Assembly: GCA_040905425.1 (NCBI GenBank)
Contig: JBBDRO010000063.1
Location: forward strand, 1-25,461
Origin: Gemmatimonadota bacterium
GTDB taxonomy: Bacteria > Gemmatimonadota > Gemmatimonadetes > Longimicrobiales > RSA9
Length of the DNA stretch: 25,461 nt
Reading direction: 5' to 3'
Below are positions 8,601 to 16,746 of this stretch, piece after piece (within the stretch, counting starts at the first letter, position 1; each line of letters starts with the position of its first letter). The position numbers were made by a program, and so were the translations under genes. The notes below the pieces were generated by a model that saw only the letters and a list, made by a program, of their open reading frames with translations, was not told the origin of the DNA and did not search any database.

Positions 8601-9704
8601 TCAGCGCGCCAGCCGCAGCCGCACGATGCGCACCAACGGCTCGCCGATCTCCGTGGTGTCGTAGATGGCGGCGCGGTCATCCCCCACCGGTGAGACGATG
8701 TAGTTGGGGATGGTGCGGCGGGCCAGGACGCGGCCGGCGGCGGGGTCGATGACCTCCACGGTGGTCTGGTAGAGCTTTTCGTAGGAATACTCGGACTCCC
8801 TGACGTCCCGCGGGCCGGTGCCCTCCAGCACGGGGTACCCCTCGCGCCAGGTCGGCGCGGCCACGCTGATGTAAACCCATAGCAGGCCCCCGGCATCCTC
8901 CCGCACGGCTCGGATGCGCGGCTGGGGGGGTTGGCTGCTGCGTCTCATGCGCTGATTGGGCTCCTCGAACCACGGCGCCTCCCGGAGGTAAACCTGCCGC
9001 ACCTCACCATCGAACGCCGTGTCATCGATCCGGTAGCGGGTGTAGTCCGTGATCCATACCCCGGCCCGCCCGGGCATGAGGGAGCGGCTGATAAACGTCC
9101 CCTGCATGGGGTGGATGGGCGCGGGGGGGTCGGCCCCCGTGAAGCTACGCAGGGGGCGGATCTCCTCCCCGGCAAAGGAGGCCACGTTGAAGACGCTACG
9201 CCGCTCGGTGCCGCTGGAGGACGCCGGCACCGACAGCAACACGCTGTCCGGCCACGCGAAGGGGATCGGTCGGCTGAACATCCGCGAGCGCGCCAGGCGA
9301 CGCGCCACCGTGAGATCGGGACCCACGACCGCCCAGCCCCGCTGGTGATCGTAAACGAGCAGCGAGTCTCCGACCGCCGTAATGGACGCGGGGTACTCGA
9401 ACTCCTGCGGCCCGCCGCCCTCCGACAGGGACTTGATGAAGCGGCCGTCCGCCTCGTAGATCATGGCCAGGTCATTCACGAAGACCAGCCAGTACCGGCC
9501 ACTGCCGTCCAGCACCACCTCCTGCGGTGCCACCGGGATAAGCCCCGCGGCATCTAGGCGCACCACGTCCTCCACCTCGATGGTGCATGAGGAGCAGGCG
9601 GGCTCGTCTGGGACGAGGGTGAGCGGTTGCGCCGCCGCGGCAGCGGGCAGCGCGAATGCCAGCGTCAGCAACCGGACCACAGAGCTGGAGCGAGCTACGA
9701 GCAT
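8601..9704 (-). CDS. Secreted 6-bladed beta-propeller-type protein
   Basis: Signal peptide (AAAAAQ), CSSC motif, YEADGRFI...GGGPQEF...GDSLLVYD and EDAGGLLWV blades. Start may be GTG 9713. Confidence 0.75.
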   Translation of the reverse strand: MLVARSSSVVRLLTLAFALPAAAAAQPLTLVPDEPACSSCTIEVEDVVRLDAAGLIPVAPQEVVLDGSGRYWLVFVNDLAMIYEADGRFIKSLSEGGGPQEFEYPASITAVGDSLLVYDHQRGWAVVGPDLTVARRLARSRMFSRPIPFAWPDSVLLSVPASSSGTERRSVFNVASFAGEEIRPLRSFTGADPPAPIHPMQGTFISRSLMPGRAGVWITDYTRYRIDDTAFDGEVRQVYLREAPWFEEPNQRMRRSSQPPQPRIRAVREDAGGLLWVYISVAAPTWREGYPVLEGTGPRDVRESEYSYEKLYQTTVEVIDPAAGRVLARRTIPNYIVSPVGDDRAAIYDTTEIGEPLVRIVRLRLAR

Positions 9705-9739
9705 GCTAGCCACCGCGAAGCACGCCGTGGGGACGTCGC

Positions 9740-10816
9740 TTAAAACCCGCCGCTCCGGCGCAGATACTTCACCAGCATCTCCGGCCCCACCTCCGCGCCA
9801 TACACGTTCCCCTGCCCGTCCACCGCCACGCCCTCCGCGCCGCTGGTGCCGGCGCCGGGCCCACTGTCAGGACTGGGCTCGGGGTCGGGAATGAAGGCCG
9901 TGACCTCACCCGTGCGAGCGCTGCCGATGTAGATGCCCCGCTTCCAGCCCGGATTGCGCCGCGTGTTGGACTCGGAGTCGGCGGCGTAGAGGACGTCGTT
10001 GGCGTCGATGAAGAGGCCGCTCGGGCGGCCGAACTGGCTCCAGGTGGCCAGGTGCTTGCCCTGCTGGTCGAAGATCTGGATGCGGCTGTTGGCGCGGTCG
10101 CCCACGAAGAGGCGGCCCTGGGAGTCCATGGCCAGCGCGTGCGGATCGCGGAACTGACCGTCCTCGGTGCCCGTGCCGCCCCACTCCATGAGGAAGCTGC
10201 CGTCGGCGGCGAACTTGACGACGCGGTTGTTGCCTCCCGCGCCGTGCCCGTCCGCCACGAAGATGCTGCCGTCGGGGGCCACCAGCACGTCGGAAGGCTG
10301 CCGGAAATGGGTCTGATCGTCACCCGCCACGCCCTGCTCACCGAGCGTCATGAGCAACTGGCCGGTGGGGCTGAACTTGAGCACCACATGGCCGCGCCCG
10401 GGCGGGGCGTCGCCGAAGCCCACCGCGTCGGTGATCCACACGTTGCCCTGGCTGTCCACGAACATGCCGTGCGGCCAGAGGATCATCCCCGCGCCGAAGG
10501 AGCGCAGCAGGTTGCCGTTCAGGTCGAAGTGCAGGACGGGATCAACACCGTCCGCGTCGGCGCACGAGTTGGCGCCGCAGCGCTCGCCCACCCACATGGT
10601 ATTGCCGTCGGGCGCGGGGTAGACCGCGCTGGTGGCGCCCCAGGTGCGGCCGGCGGGCAGCTTGCCCCAGATGCCGTCGACACGCTCGTAGGGGTTGGCC
10701 ACCGCGGGCTGCGCGGCGACGGGGGCGGGCGCCAACGCGTCGGCGCCGGGCAGCAGGGCGGCGAGCGCGAGCAGCGCCGCGGCGCGGGCGGACGAGCGGA
10801 GCGGGTGTCCGAGCAT
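9740..10816 (-). CDS. NHL-repeat protein, peptidyl-alpha-hydroxyglycine alpha-amidating lyase (PAL)-like family
   Basis: Signal peptide; repeats WPHGMFVDSQGNVWITD, FRQPSDVLVAPDGSIFVADG and FRDPHALAMDSQGRLFVGDRANSRIQIFD. Confidence 0.9.
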   Translation of the reverse strand: MLGHPLRSSARAAALLALAALLPGADALAPAPVAAQPAVANPYERVDGIWGKLPAGRTWGATSAVYPAPDGNTMWVGERCGANSCADADGVDPVLHFDLNGNLLRSFGAGMILWPHGMFVDSQGNVWITDAVGFGDAPPGRGHVVLKFSPTGQLLMTLGEQGVAGDDQTHFRQPSDVLVAPDGSIFVADGHGAGGNNRVVKFAADGSFLMEWGGTGTEDGQFRDPHALAMDSQGRLFVGDRANSRIQIFDQQGKHLATWSQFGRPSGLFIDANDVLYAADSESNTRRNPGWKRGIYIGSARTGEVTAFIPDPEPSPDSGPGAGTSGAEGVAVDGQGNVYGAEVGPEMLVKYLRRSGGF

Positions 10817-10862
10817 GGGTGTGCCTCTCGAGCGGGTGCGTGGGATACGGGAATTTATACGA

Positions 10863-12221
10863 TTACGCCTCTGAGCGCACCGGTATCGGCGGCTCGGGGG
10901 CGCTCCCGCCGGCCTGCAGCCGGTCGAAGAGCCCCTTCAGCAGCCAGGCCGCGCCGACCGCCACGAGCGCCAGCGCCAGCCACCGTAGTACCGCCGCCAG
11001 CAGCGCAAGGTCCGCAGCCGGCAGCGTCAGCTCGTAAGCGCCGAGCGCCGCTCCGCGCGCCGTGGTCCAGTGCCAGGCCGTGTGCGCGATGAGCGCGGAC
11101 AGGATGATCACACCCATGCGCTGGACCACGACCCTGCGGAAGAGCAGCACCAGCGCCGGCACCAGCAGCGCCAGCACGACGAGCTGCCCCAGCTCCACGC
11201 CCACGTTGAAGGCCAGCAGGGACGTCAGCAGGTGCGCGCCCGCGAACTGGAGCGATTCGGCCAGCGCGAACGAGAAACCGAAGCCGTGCACCAGCCCGAA
11301 GCCGAACGCGAATGCCCAGCGCCGCTCCAGCTTCGGGCTCACGATGTTCTCCAGCGCCATCCACACGATCGACGCGGCAATCAGCATCTCCACCAGCGGC
11401 GCGAACCAGAGCACCCCCGGCGTGAGCCCGCCGGCCGCCGCAAGCAGCGTGATGGAGTGCCCCACCGTGAAGGCGGTGACGATCGGCACCAGCGCCCGGA
11501 AGCGCGCGAAGGGGATGACCAGGCACGCCACGAAGAGCAGGTGGTCGAGGCCGCCCAGGATGTGCTCGAAGCCCAGCGCCACGAAGCCCCACGCCGCCTG
11601 CCACCAACTCGGGTCGAGCCGCACCCGCCCCGGATTCCCCGCGAAGCGGAAGGCGCGCACGCCCCCATCCGGCGGCAGAAAGCGGAGCGCGGCGGCAGTG
11701 CTGAGGCCCAGGTGCGCCCACTCTGGCAGCAGGACAAAGCGGGCGTCCGCGGAGCGGATGTCATACTCCAGGAGCGCGTCCAGCAGCACCTGCTCGGGCG
11801 GGATGGCCACGGCGTCGGAGAGACGGCCGCCGACCACGTGCGCTCTGGCCTCCTCCCAGCTCTCGAACGAACGGTCATTGGGAAGCGACAGTCGCGCGGC
11901 CACGATGCGCGGCTCCTCCAGCGTCCGTCCATCTTCCTCGAACCGCGTGTACGCCGCGAGCCACTGCATGGCCGCGTCCTTCAGCCACGGGCGGGCCGCC
12001 GCCACGTCCAGGTAGCCGGGCGCCACCACCGGCCAGTCGTAGTCCCGCATGGAGAGCAGCGGCACGCGCACGAGCAGCTCCAGGCGCTCGCCCTGCGGCA
12101 CCACGAACGCGTGCACCGTCACGCTGGCCGGGATCTCGTGCGCGGCCAGCGCAGCGGGGGGCGTGGTGGGCAGCGCCAGCAGCAGGGCGCACGCCAGCGT
12201 CAGGGTGCGAAACGCGTTCAT
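10863..12221 (-). CDS. HupE/UreJ-family membrane protein with N-terminal periplasmic domain
   Basis: Signal peptide ending AAH; LGFEHILGGLDHLLF, TAFTVGHSITL, FGLVHGFGF and FNVGVELGQ. Confidence 0.9.
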   Translation of the reverse strand: MNAFRTLTLACALLLALPTTPPAALAAHEIPASVTVHAFVVPQGERLELLVRVPLLSMRDYDWPVVAPGYLDVAAARPWLKDAAMQWLAAYTRFEEDGRTLEEPRIVAARLSLPNDRSFESWEEARAHVVGGRLSDAVAIPPEQVLLDALLEYDIRSADARFVLLPEWAHLGLSTAAALRFLPPDGGVRAFRFAGNPGRVRLDPSWWQAAWGFVALGFEHILGGLDHLLFVACLVIPFARFRALVPIVTAFTVGHSITLLAAAGGLTPGVLWFAPLVEMLIAASIVWMALENIVSPKLERRWAFAFGFGLVHGFGFSFALAESLQFAGAHLLTSLLAFNVGVELGQLVVLALLVPALVLLFRRVVVQRMGVIILSALIAHTAWHWTTARGAALGAYELTLPAADLALLAAVLRWLALALVAVGAAWLLKGLFDRLQAGGSAPEPPIPVRSEA

Positions 12222-12226
12222 CGATG

Positions 12227-12283
12227 CGGGCGTTGGATGAGGGTCCGGCAGTCTATCCGCTGGACACCTGCGCTAAAGATGCG
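12227..12283. repeat. Imperfect direct repeat, left copy (57 bp)
   Basis: Matches 15433-15489 at 50 of 57 positions by manual alignment, with identical 20-bp and 17-bp blocks at the ends. Confidence 0.9.
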
Positions 12284-12572
12284 GGCCGTGTCCTTACAAG
12301 GCCAGCCCGGTCCGATTTACCGCGTTCGCTTCACGGCCGGCCGCCCCGCAAGCCTATGGAGGTCGAGAACAAGAAGTGCCGGCGCCGGCTGGAGCGGATC
12401 GAGGTCAATTGGCCAAGGCACGACAGGTAATGGAAGTGCAGGGATACGTTTCGGCACGCGGGCAGGCAGCTGAGCTACAGGCGACCTTTGCCGAGGCCGC
12501 CCGGGACCTTCGAAGCTTACGAAGCGACAGGTCCAAGGAAACACGCAAGCTTCAGGCTGGTTGAGCGCGCCC

Positions 12573-13836
12573 TAACTGACCGTTGAATTACCTCCCATCC
12601 CCTCGTGCGGTTCACGGGACGGCGCAACAGATTCACGCCATCCGAAAACACCGGTCCTCCACCATGGAGCGGGGATGTTCCGGCGCAAAGATCCCGATGT
12701 GCAATCCAGCTTCTGGCTGCCGACCAGCGACCTGCCGTCCTCTTCCCCGAACTCGTTGTACCAGCGGCTCGACCGTGCCCTTGCCGCCTCGGGCCTCGGG
12801 GATGCTGTGCGGACGCTGTGTGAACCGTTCTACGAGGCCGACCGGAGCCGCGGCGGCCGCCCCGGGATCGACCCGGAGGTCTACTTCAAGATGCAGATGA
12901 TCGGCTTCTTTGAAGGCTTGGCGAGTGAGCGGGGGAGCGCCGCACGGTGTGCCGACTTGCTCTTGATCCGCCAGTTCCTGCACTACGAGCTTCATGAGTC
13001 GACACCCGACCATTCGAGCCTGACGGTCATTCGCCAGCGCCTCGGGCCCGAGGTTTTCGAGAAGGTCTTCGGGCTGGTGCTGAAGGCGCTGCGCGATCAC
13101 AAACTGCTCAAGGGGAAGAAGCTCGGTATCGATGCTTCGACCATGGAGGCGAACGCATCGCTGCGGTCCCTGGAGAACTGCCTGACGGGTGAGGATTACA
13201 CCGCGTACGTGAGCGCCCTGGCTGTGGCAGCGGGCGTGGACACCTCCGACCCAAGCGCGGTGGGGCGGTTTGACCGGAAGCGGGCCGGCCGCAAGGCGAG
13301 CAATGACGATTGGCAGAACCCGCACGATCCGGACGCGAAGATCGGTCGGACGAAGCGGGGTGCCACGCGGATGGTCTACAAGCCGGAGCATGTGGTGGAC
13401 CTGGAGACTGTCGCCATCGTGGATGCCGACGTTCGCCCTGGTGACGAGCATGACACAGCCGATCTGACCCAACGCCTGCTCGAGGCTGAGCCACGCATGA
13501 ACGAGGCGCTGGGCGAGGCGAAGGACACGGAACGCGTGGAGTTGGTGGCTGCGGACAAGGGCTATTTCAAAAACCGCGATCAGCGACCCGCAACGCACCC
13601 GGCGAACAGACCGCACAAGTGAGGAGGATCGCACGGCGCTCGAAGCGGCCCGTCTCGCGGTGAGCTCTGACACCGGCCGAGTCTGGCTGCGGCGCAGAAG
13701 CGAACTGGTGGAGCGCGGTTTCCAGCATGTCCTTGATTGTGGCGGAGCGCGCCGCACCACACTTCGAGGCAGGGCGAATATCCGAAAGCGCTACCTCATT
13801 CAGGCGGCGTGTGCCGATTCGATCTCGATCACTTGA
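12573..13836 (+). mobile_element. Degenerate IS1182/IS5-like insertion sequence, right end missing
   Basis: Contains the transposase pseudogene. TAACTGACCGTTGAATTA at 12573-12590 is a plausible left terminal repeat (inferred); no complementary right end was found. Confidence 0.7.
12675..13836 (+). pseudogene. DUF772/DDE transposase, frameshifted and 3'-truncated
   Basis: GRPGIDPEVYFKM, TPDHSSL, IDASTMEANAS and ADKGY are present. The frame breaks near 13570. The +1 frame continues TAISDP...RRRSELVERGFQHVLDCGGARRTTLRGRANIRKRYLIQAACA, then loses similarity and stops at 13834-13836. Confidence 0.88.
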
Positions 13837-13931
13837 GCAGCTGTCCGCTCGCCTTCCAACTCATCGATGGTAGTGGGATTGCACGTCTCCTCCACCGGGA
13901 CCTGGTTCGGCAGTCAGCTCTCTCATCCGGC

Positions 13932-13960
13932 TTGACAGGTTCCGGACGCCGGCGTATGTT
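13932..13960 (+). promoter_or_regulatory. Sigma70-type promoter upstream of the small peptide gene
   Basis: TTGACA (13932-13937), 17-bp spacer, TATGTT (13955-13960), 54 bp before the ATG at 14015. Confidence 0.75.
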
Positions 13961-14014
13961 CGATTTGCTGCAGGATGTTGCCGGCTTTCCAAACTCACAA
14001 CTTTAGGTGAACCG

Positions 14015-14257
14015 ATGACGAAGGCATTCGAAATGTTTGGCGTCGCGGCTGCAGTGTTCGTGCTCGTCTTGACGGCGCCTGCGCTGTGGGCGGAGGAGGG
14101 GGGTGTCGGCTGGACCCCCGACTATGACTGCGACACAAACCTCTTTCAAACGAAGCATAAGGTGGAGCTCGGCGGAGGATCCTGGGCGGATGGAAGCCAC
14201 GAGACGATTCCGGGCGACTGCGATGTCCACGACAATTTCAGTGGGGGACCCGACTAA
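14015..14257 (+). CDS. Small secreted Cys/His-containing peptide (80 aa, about 54 aa mature)
   Basis: AGGTG RBS-like site and promoter upstream; Sec-type signal with probable cleavage after ALWA (residue 26); acidic Gly-rich mature part with C39, H48, H62, C69 and H72. Confidence 0.75.
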   Translation: MTKAFEMFGVAAAVFVLVLTAPALWAEEGGVGWTPDYDCDTNLFQTKHKVELGGGSWADGSHETIPGDCDVHDNFSGGPD

Positions 14258-14285
14258 GTCCGGACATAGACGATCATCAATATTG

Positions 14286-14317
14286 GCACGCCGCGAATGC
14301 TCCCGCTCGCGGCGTGC
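14286..14317 (+). terminator. Intergenic stem-loop (partial terminator or mRNA stabiliser)
   Basis: Perfect 11-bp inverted repeat GCACGCCGCGA / TCGCGGCGTGC with a 10-nt loop, followed by TCTTC. Confidence 0.65.
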
Positions 14318-14337
14318 TCTTCAACTGAAGGGCGACG

Positions 14338-15426
14338 ATGTTCGTGAGGGTCACGCCGGTGTTCTTGACTTCTATTGCCGTAATACTTGGAGCCTGCAGC
14401 GAGCCTGCTGATTCCTTGGAAGCAATTCGGAGTGAAGTACGCGAGGGTACAGGTGCCGACCTAGTTGCAATGTCCGTGTGGAAGTCGCGCGAAGGCGATC
14501 CAAACGTTATGGAGGCCTCCCGCTTTCTTCAGATGAACGGCGGCCTCTGGGCCATGGGAGACTTCGCTAGCGGAATTGCATGGTTTGACCTAGCTAGTGA
14601 TAGCAGTGTGCTCTACGACCGTCCGGGCGACGGACCGAACGAGTTCAGAAAGATCAGAAACGCCGCCGTGCATCCGTCGAAGGATACACTCGTTGTAGTC
14701 CAGCAGTCCCGCGTCAGCTACATCACTTCGTCGGCGCGAGAGGCCAGATCGATTCCGGCCTTCGCGCCTCGGAGCGGTTTTATACTGTTGGATGACGGCA
14801 GCTTCGTCATTTCCACGCATGCCGTGGGCTCGATTTCCGGCGCGAGAGGCTTCACGCTGCATCAAGTCAGCTCCGCAGGCGAGCATCTTCGATCATTCCG
14901 GAAACTACGCTCGGAAGAGGCGCCTAAGGCGGACTACTGGCCGATCGCCCGTGGAACCGAGGCGCGGACATTCTGGCTGGTCACGCCGCATCCCCGAGGG
15001 TTCAGCGTCGAAAAGTGGGACGCTACCCAGGATCATTTGATTGCCCGATTTGACCTGACGCCGAGCTGGTGGCGGGGAGAGCCAGCGATTCAGCCCCATT
15101 ATGAATCGATGGCCATGAGCGGGAGCACGATTCCTCCCATGCCTTCGGGAGTCAACGACGTGTTCGACGGCGGCGATGTGCTCTGGATTGCGGCTCGACA
15201 CGCTGACCACAAGGGCGCCACCTCGCTGGAGGAAACCTCAAATGATGCGTGGTTCGATGGCGTTCTCCTGGCGCTGAGCCGCACATCCGGGGAGGTCATT
15301 GCCGCCACCGCCTTTGATCAGTTCATCGCAGCTTTCACCAATGAAGGGCTTGCCGTACTCTATGCCGAGCACGATACCGGTGAGCCCAGCATCGAGTTGG
15401 TCAGACCAAGCCTTAAGGCCAGATAA
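14338..15426 (+). CDS. 6-bladed beta-propeller lipoprotein
   Basis: Lipobox LGAC (Cys20); PGDGPNEF motif, DTLVVV, SAGEHLRSF and TSGEVIA. Confidence 0.78.
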   Translation: MFVRVTPVFLTSIAVILGACSEPADSLEAIRSEVREGTGADLVAMSVWKSREGDPNVMEASRFLQMNGGLWAMGDFASGIAWFDLASDSSVLYDRPGDGPNEFRKIRNAAVHPSKDTLVVVQQSRVSYITSSAREARSIPAFAPRSGFILLDDGSFVISTHAVGSISGARGFTLHQVSSAGEHLRSFRKLRSEEAPKADYWPIARGTEARTFWLVTPHPRGFSVEKWDATQDHLIARFDLTPSWWRGEPAIQPHYESMAMSGSTIPPMPSGVNDVFDGGDVLWIAARHADHKGATSLEETSNDAWFDGVLLALSRTSGEVIAATAFDQFIAAFTNEGLAVLYAEHDTGEPSIELVRPSLKAR

Positions 15427-15432
15427 CTGTTT

Positions 15433-15489
15433 CGGGCGTTGGATGAGGGTCCAGCGGACGCTCCACTGGACTCCTGCGCTAAAGATGCG
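15433..15489. repeat. Imperfect direct repeat, right copy (57 bp)
   Basis: Counterpart of 12227-12283; begins after a 6-bp gap following the propeller stop codon. Confidence 0.9.
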
Positions 15490-15553
15490 TAACGTGCCGG
15501 TGTGGGGCCAGTCTCGTTCCCGGCCCCGTTGCCCCCGAGACCGGAGACAATCC

Positions 15554-16744
15554 ATGCCGAGCCGGCGCACTACCATTCTGGGCGTTGCCCTCGTGGCCGC
15601 CGTGGCCGTCCTCTTTGCCGCCGCCATGGCCGTGGAGCGGCGGGCCGAGGCGCAGTCCGCCGCCGCCGAGGCCCCGATCTTCGAGGTCGACCCGTTCTGG
15701 CCGCAGCCGCTGCCCAACCACTGGGTGCTGGGCTCGGCCGTGGGCGTGGGCGTGGACTCGCGCGACCACGTCTTCATCATCCACCGCCAGGCGCCGCTGA
15801 ACGAGCGCACCGAGATCGGCGCCTCGACCGATCCGCCCACGGGGGAATGCTGCCTGCCGGCGCCGTACGTGCTGGAGTTCGACCCCGAGGGCAACTTCGT
15901 CAACGGCTGGGGCGGGCCCGGCGAGGGCTACGACTGGCCCGAGTCCAACCACGGCATCACCATCGATCCGAATGACAACGTGTGGATCGGCGGCAACGGC
16001 GGCGGCGACTCACACATCCTGAAATTCACGCGTGACGGCCAGTTCCTGATGCAGATCGGCGAGGTGGGCCAGCCCACCAACAGCCAGTCCACCGAGCACT
16101 TCGGGCGAGTGGCCAAGATCTCCTTCGACGCCACCGGCGAGGAAGCCTATCTGGCGGATGGCTACAGCAACAAGCGCGTGGCCGTCATCGACGCCGCCAC
16201 GGGTGAGTTCAAGCGTTACTGGGGCGCCTACGGCAACGAGCCGAGCGACGAACGCCAGCCGCCCTACGACCCCGACGCTCCGCTCCCCCAGCAGTTCCGC
16301 AACCCGGTGCACTGCGCCGAGCCCACCAACGACGGCCTGGTCTACGTCTGCGACCGGCAGGCCAACCGCATCCAGGTCTTCCAGAAGGACGGCACCTACG
16401 TGGACGAGGTGGTCATCGCGCCGCGCACGCTGGGCGACGGCTCCATGTGGGACATTGCCTTCTCGCGGGATCCAGAGCAGCGCTTCATGTACGTGGCCGA
16501 CGGCAAGAACATGAAGGTCTACATCATGGACCGGGCCAACCTGGAGGTGCTGACCACCTTCGGGGACGGCGGCCGCCAGCCGGGCCTCTTCTTCGCGGTC
16601 CACTCGATTGCCACGGACTCGGAAGGCAACATCTACACGACGGAGACCTACGAGGGGAAGCGCGTGCAGAAGTTCCTGTATCGGGGGCTGGGACCGGTGA
16701 CGGAGATGGACCAGGGGGCGCCGTGGCCGGGGCGGGGGCGGTAG
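15554..16744 (+). CDS. Secreted NHL-repeat protein (PAL-like)
   Basis: GGAGA RBS and ATG at 15554; signal peptide; FEVDPFWPQPLPNHW, HGITIDPNDNVWIGGN and VHC...DGLVYVCDRQANRIQVF. Confidence 0.9.
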   Translation: MPSRRTTILGVALVAAVAVLFAAAMAVERRAEAQSAAAEAPIFEVDPFWPQPLPNHWVLGSAVGVGVDSRDHVFIIHRQAPLNERTEIGASTDPPTGECCLPAPYVLEFDPEGNFVNGWGGPGEGYDWPESNHGITIDPNDNVWIGGNGGGDSHILKFTRDGQFLMQIGEVGQPTNSQSTEHFGRVAKISFDATGEEAYLADGYSNKRVAVIDAATGEFKRYWGAYGNEPSDERQPPYDPDAPLPQQFRNPVHCAEPTNDGLVYVCDRQANRIQVFQKDGTYVDEVVIAPRTLGDGSMWDIAFSRDPEQRFMYVADGKNMKVYIMDRANLEVLTTFGDGGRQPGLFFAVHSIATDSEGNIYTTETYEGKRVQKFLYRGLGPVTEMDQGAPWPGRGR

Positions 16745-16746
16745 CC

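Noticed and set aside
3154..8693. Long plus-strand ORFs (809, 580 and 433 aa) and similar ones elsewhere, such as 16648-18585 on the minus strand
   Set aside because: Antisense shadows of well-supported genes in high-GC DNA, with no recognisable motifs.
12356..12564. Two short coupled ORFs (MEVENKK... and MEVQGYV...) joined by TAATG
   Set aside because: No clear RBS or recognisable domain; possibly gene debris, so not supportable as CDS.
12227..15489. Direct repeats as a CRISPR array or IS target-site duplication
   Set aside because: Only two copies 3.2 kb apart, no cas genes, and 57 bp is too long for a target duplication and does not abut the IS ends.
12571..15496. TAAC...GTT motifs suggesting integron attC sites (12573, 15424)
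   Set aside because: Spacing is too short, there are no paired L/R boxes, and no integron integrase is present.
15299..15553. Extended N-terminus of the NHL ORF from 15299
   Set aside because: It overlaps the upstream gene and the repeat; RBS and signal peptide support ATG 15554.
14015..16744. Peptide as an amidated or radical-SAM-modified RiPP using the nearby PAL-like or radical SAM enzymes
   Set aside because: The peptide does not end in Gly, no PHM-like monooxygenase is seen, the radical SAM is an SPL-like type without SPASM/RRE features, and these genes lie outside the repeat-bounded islet.
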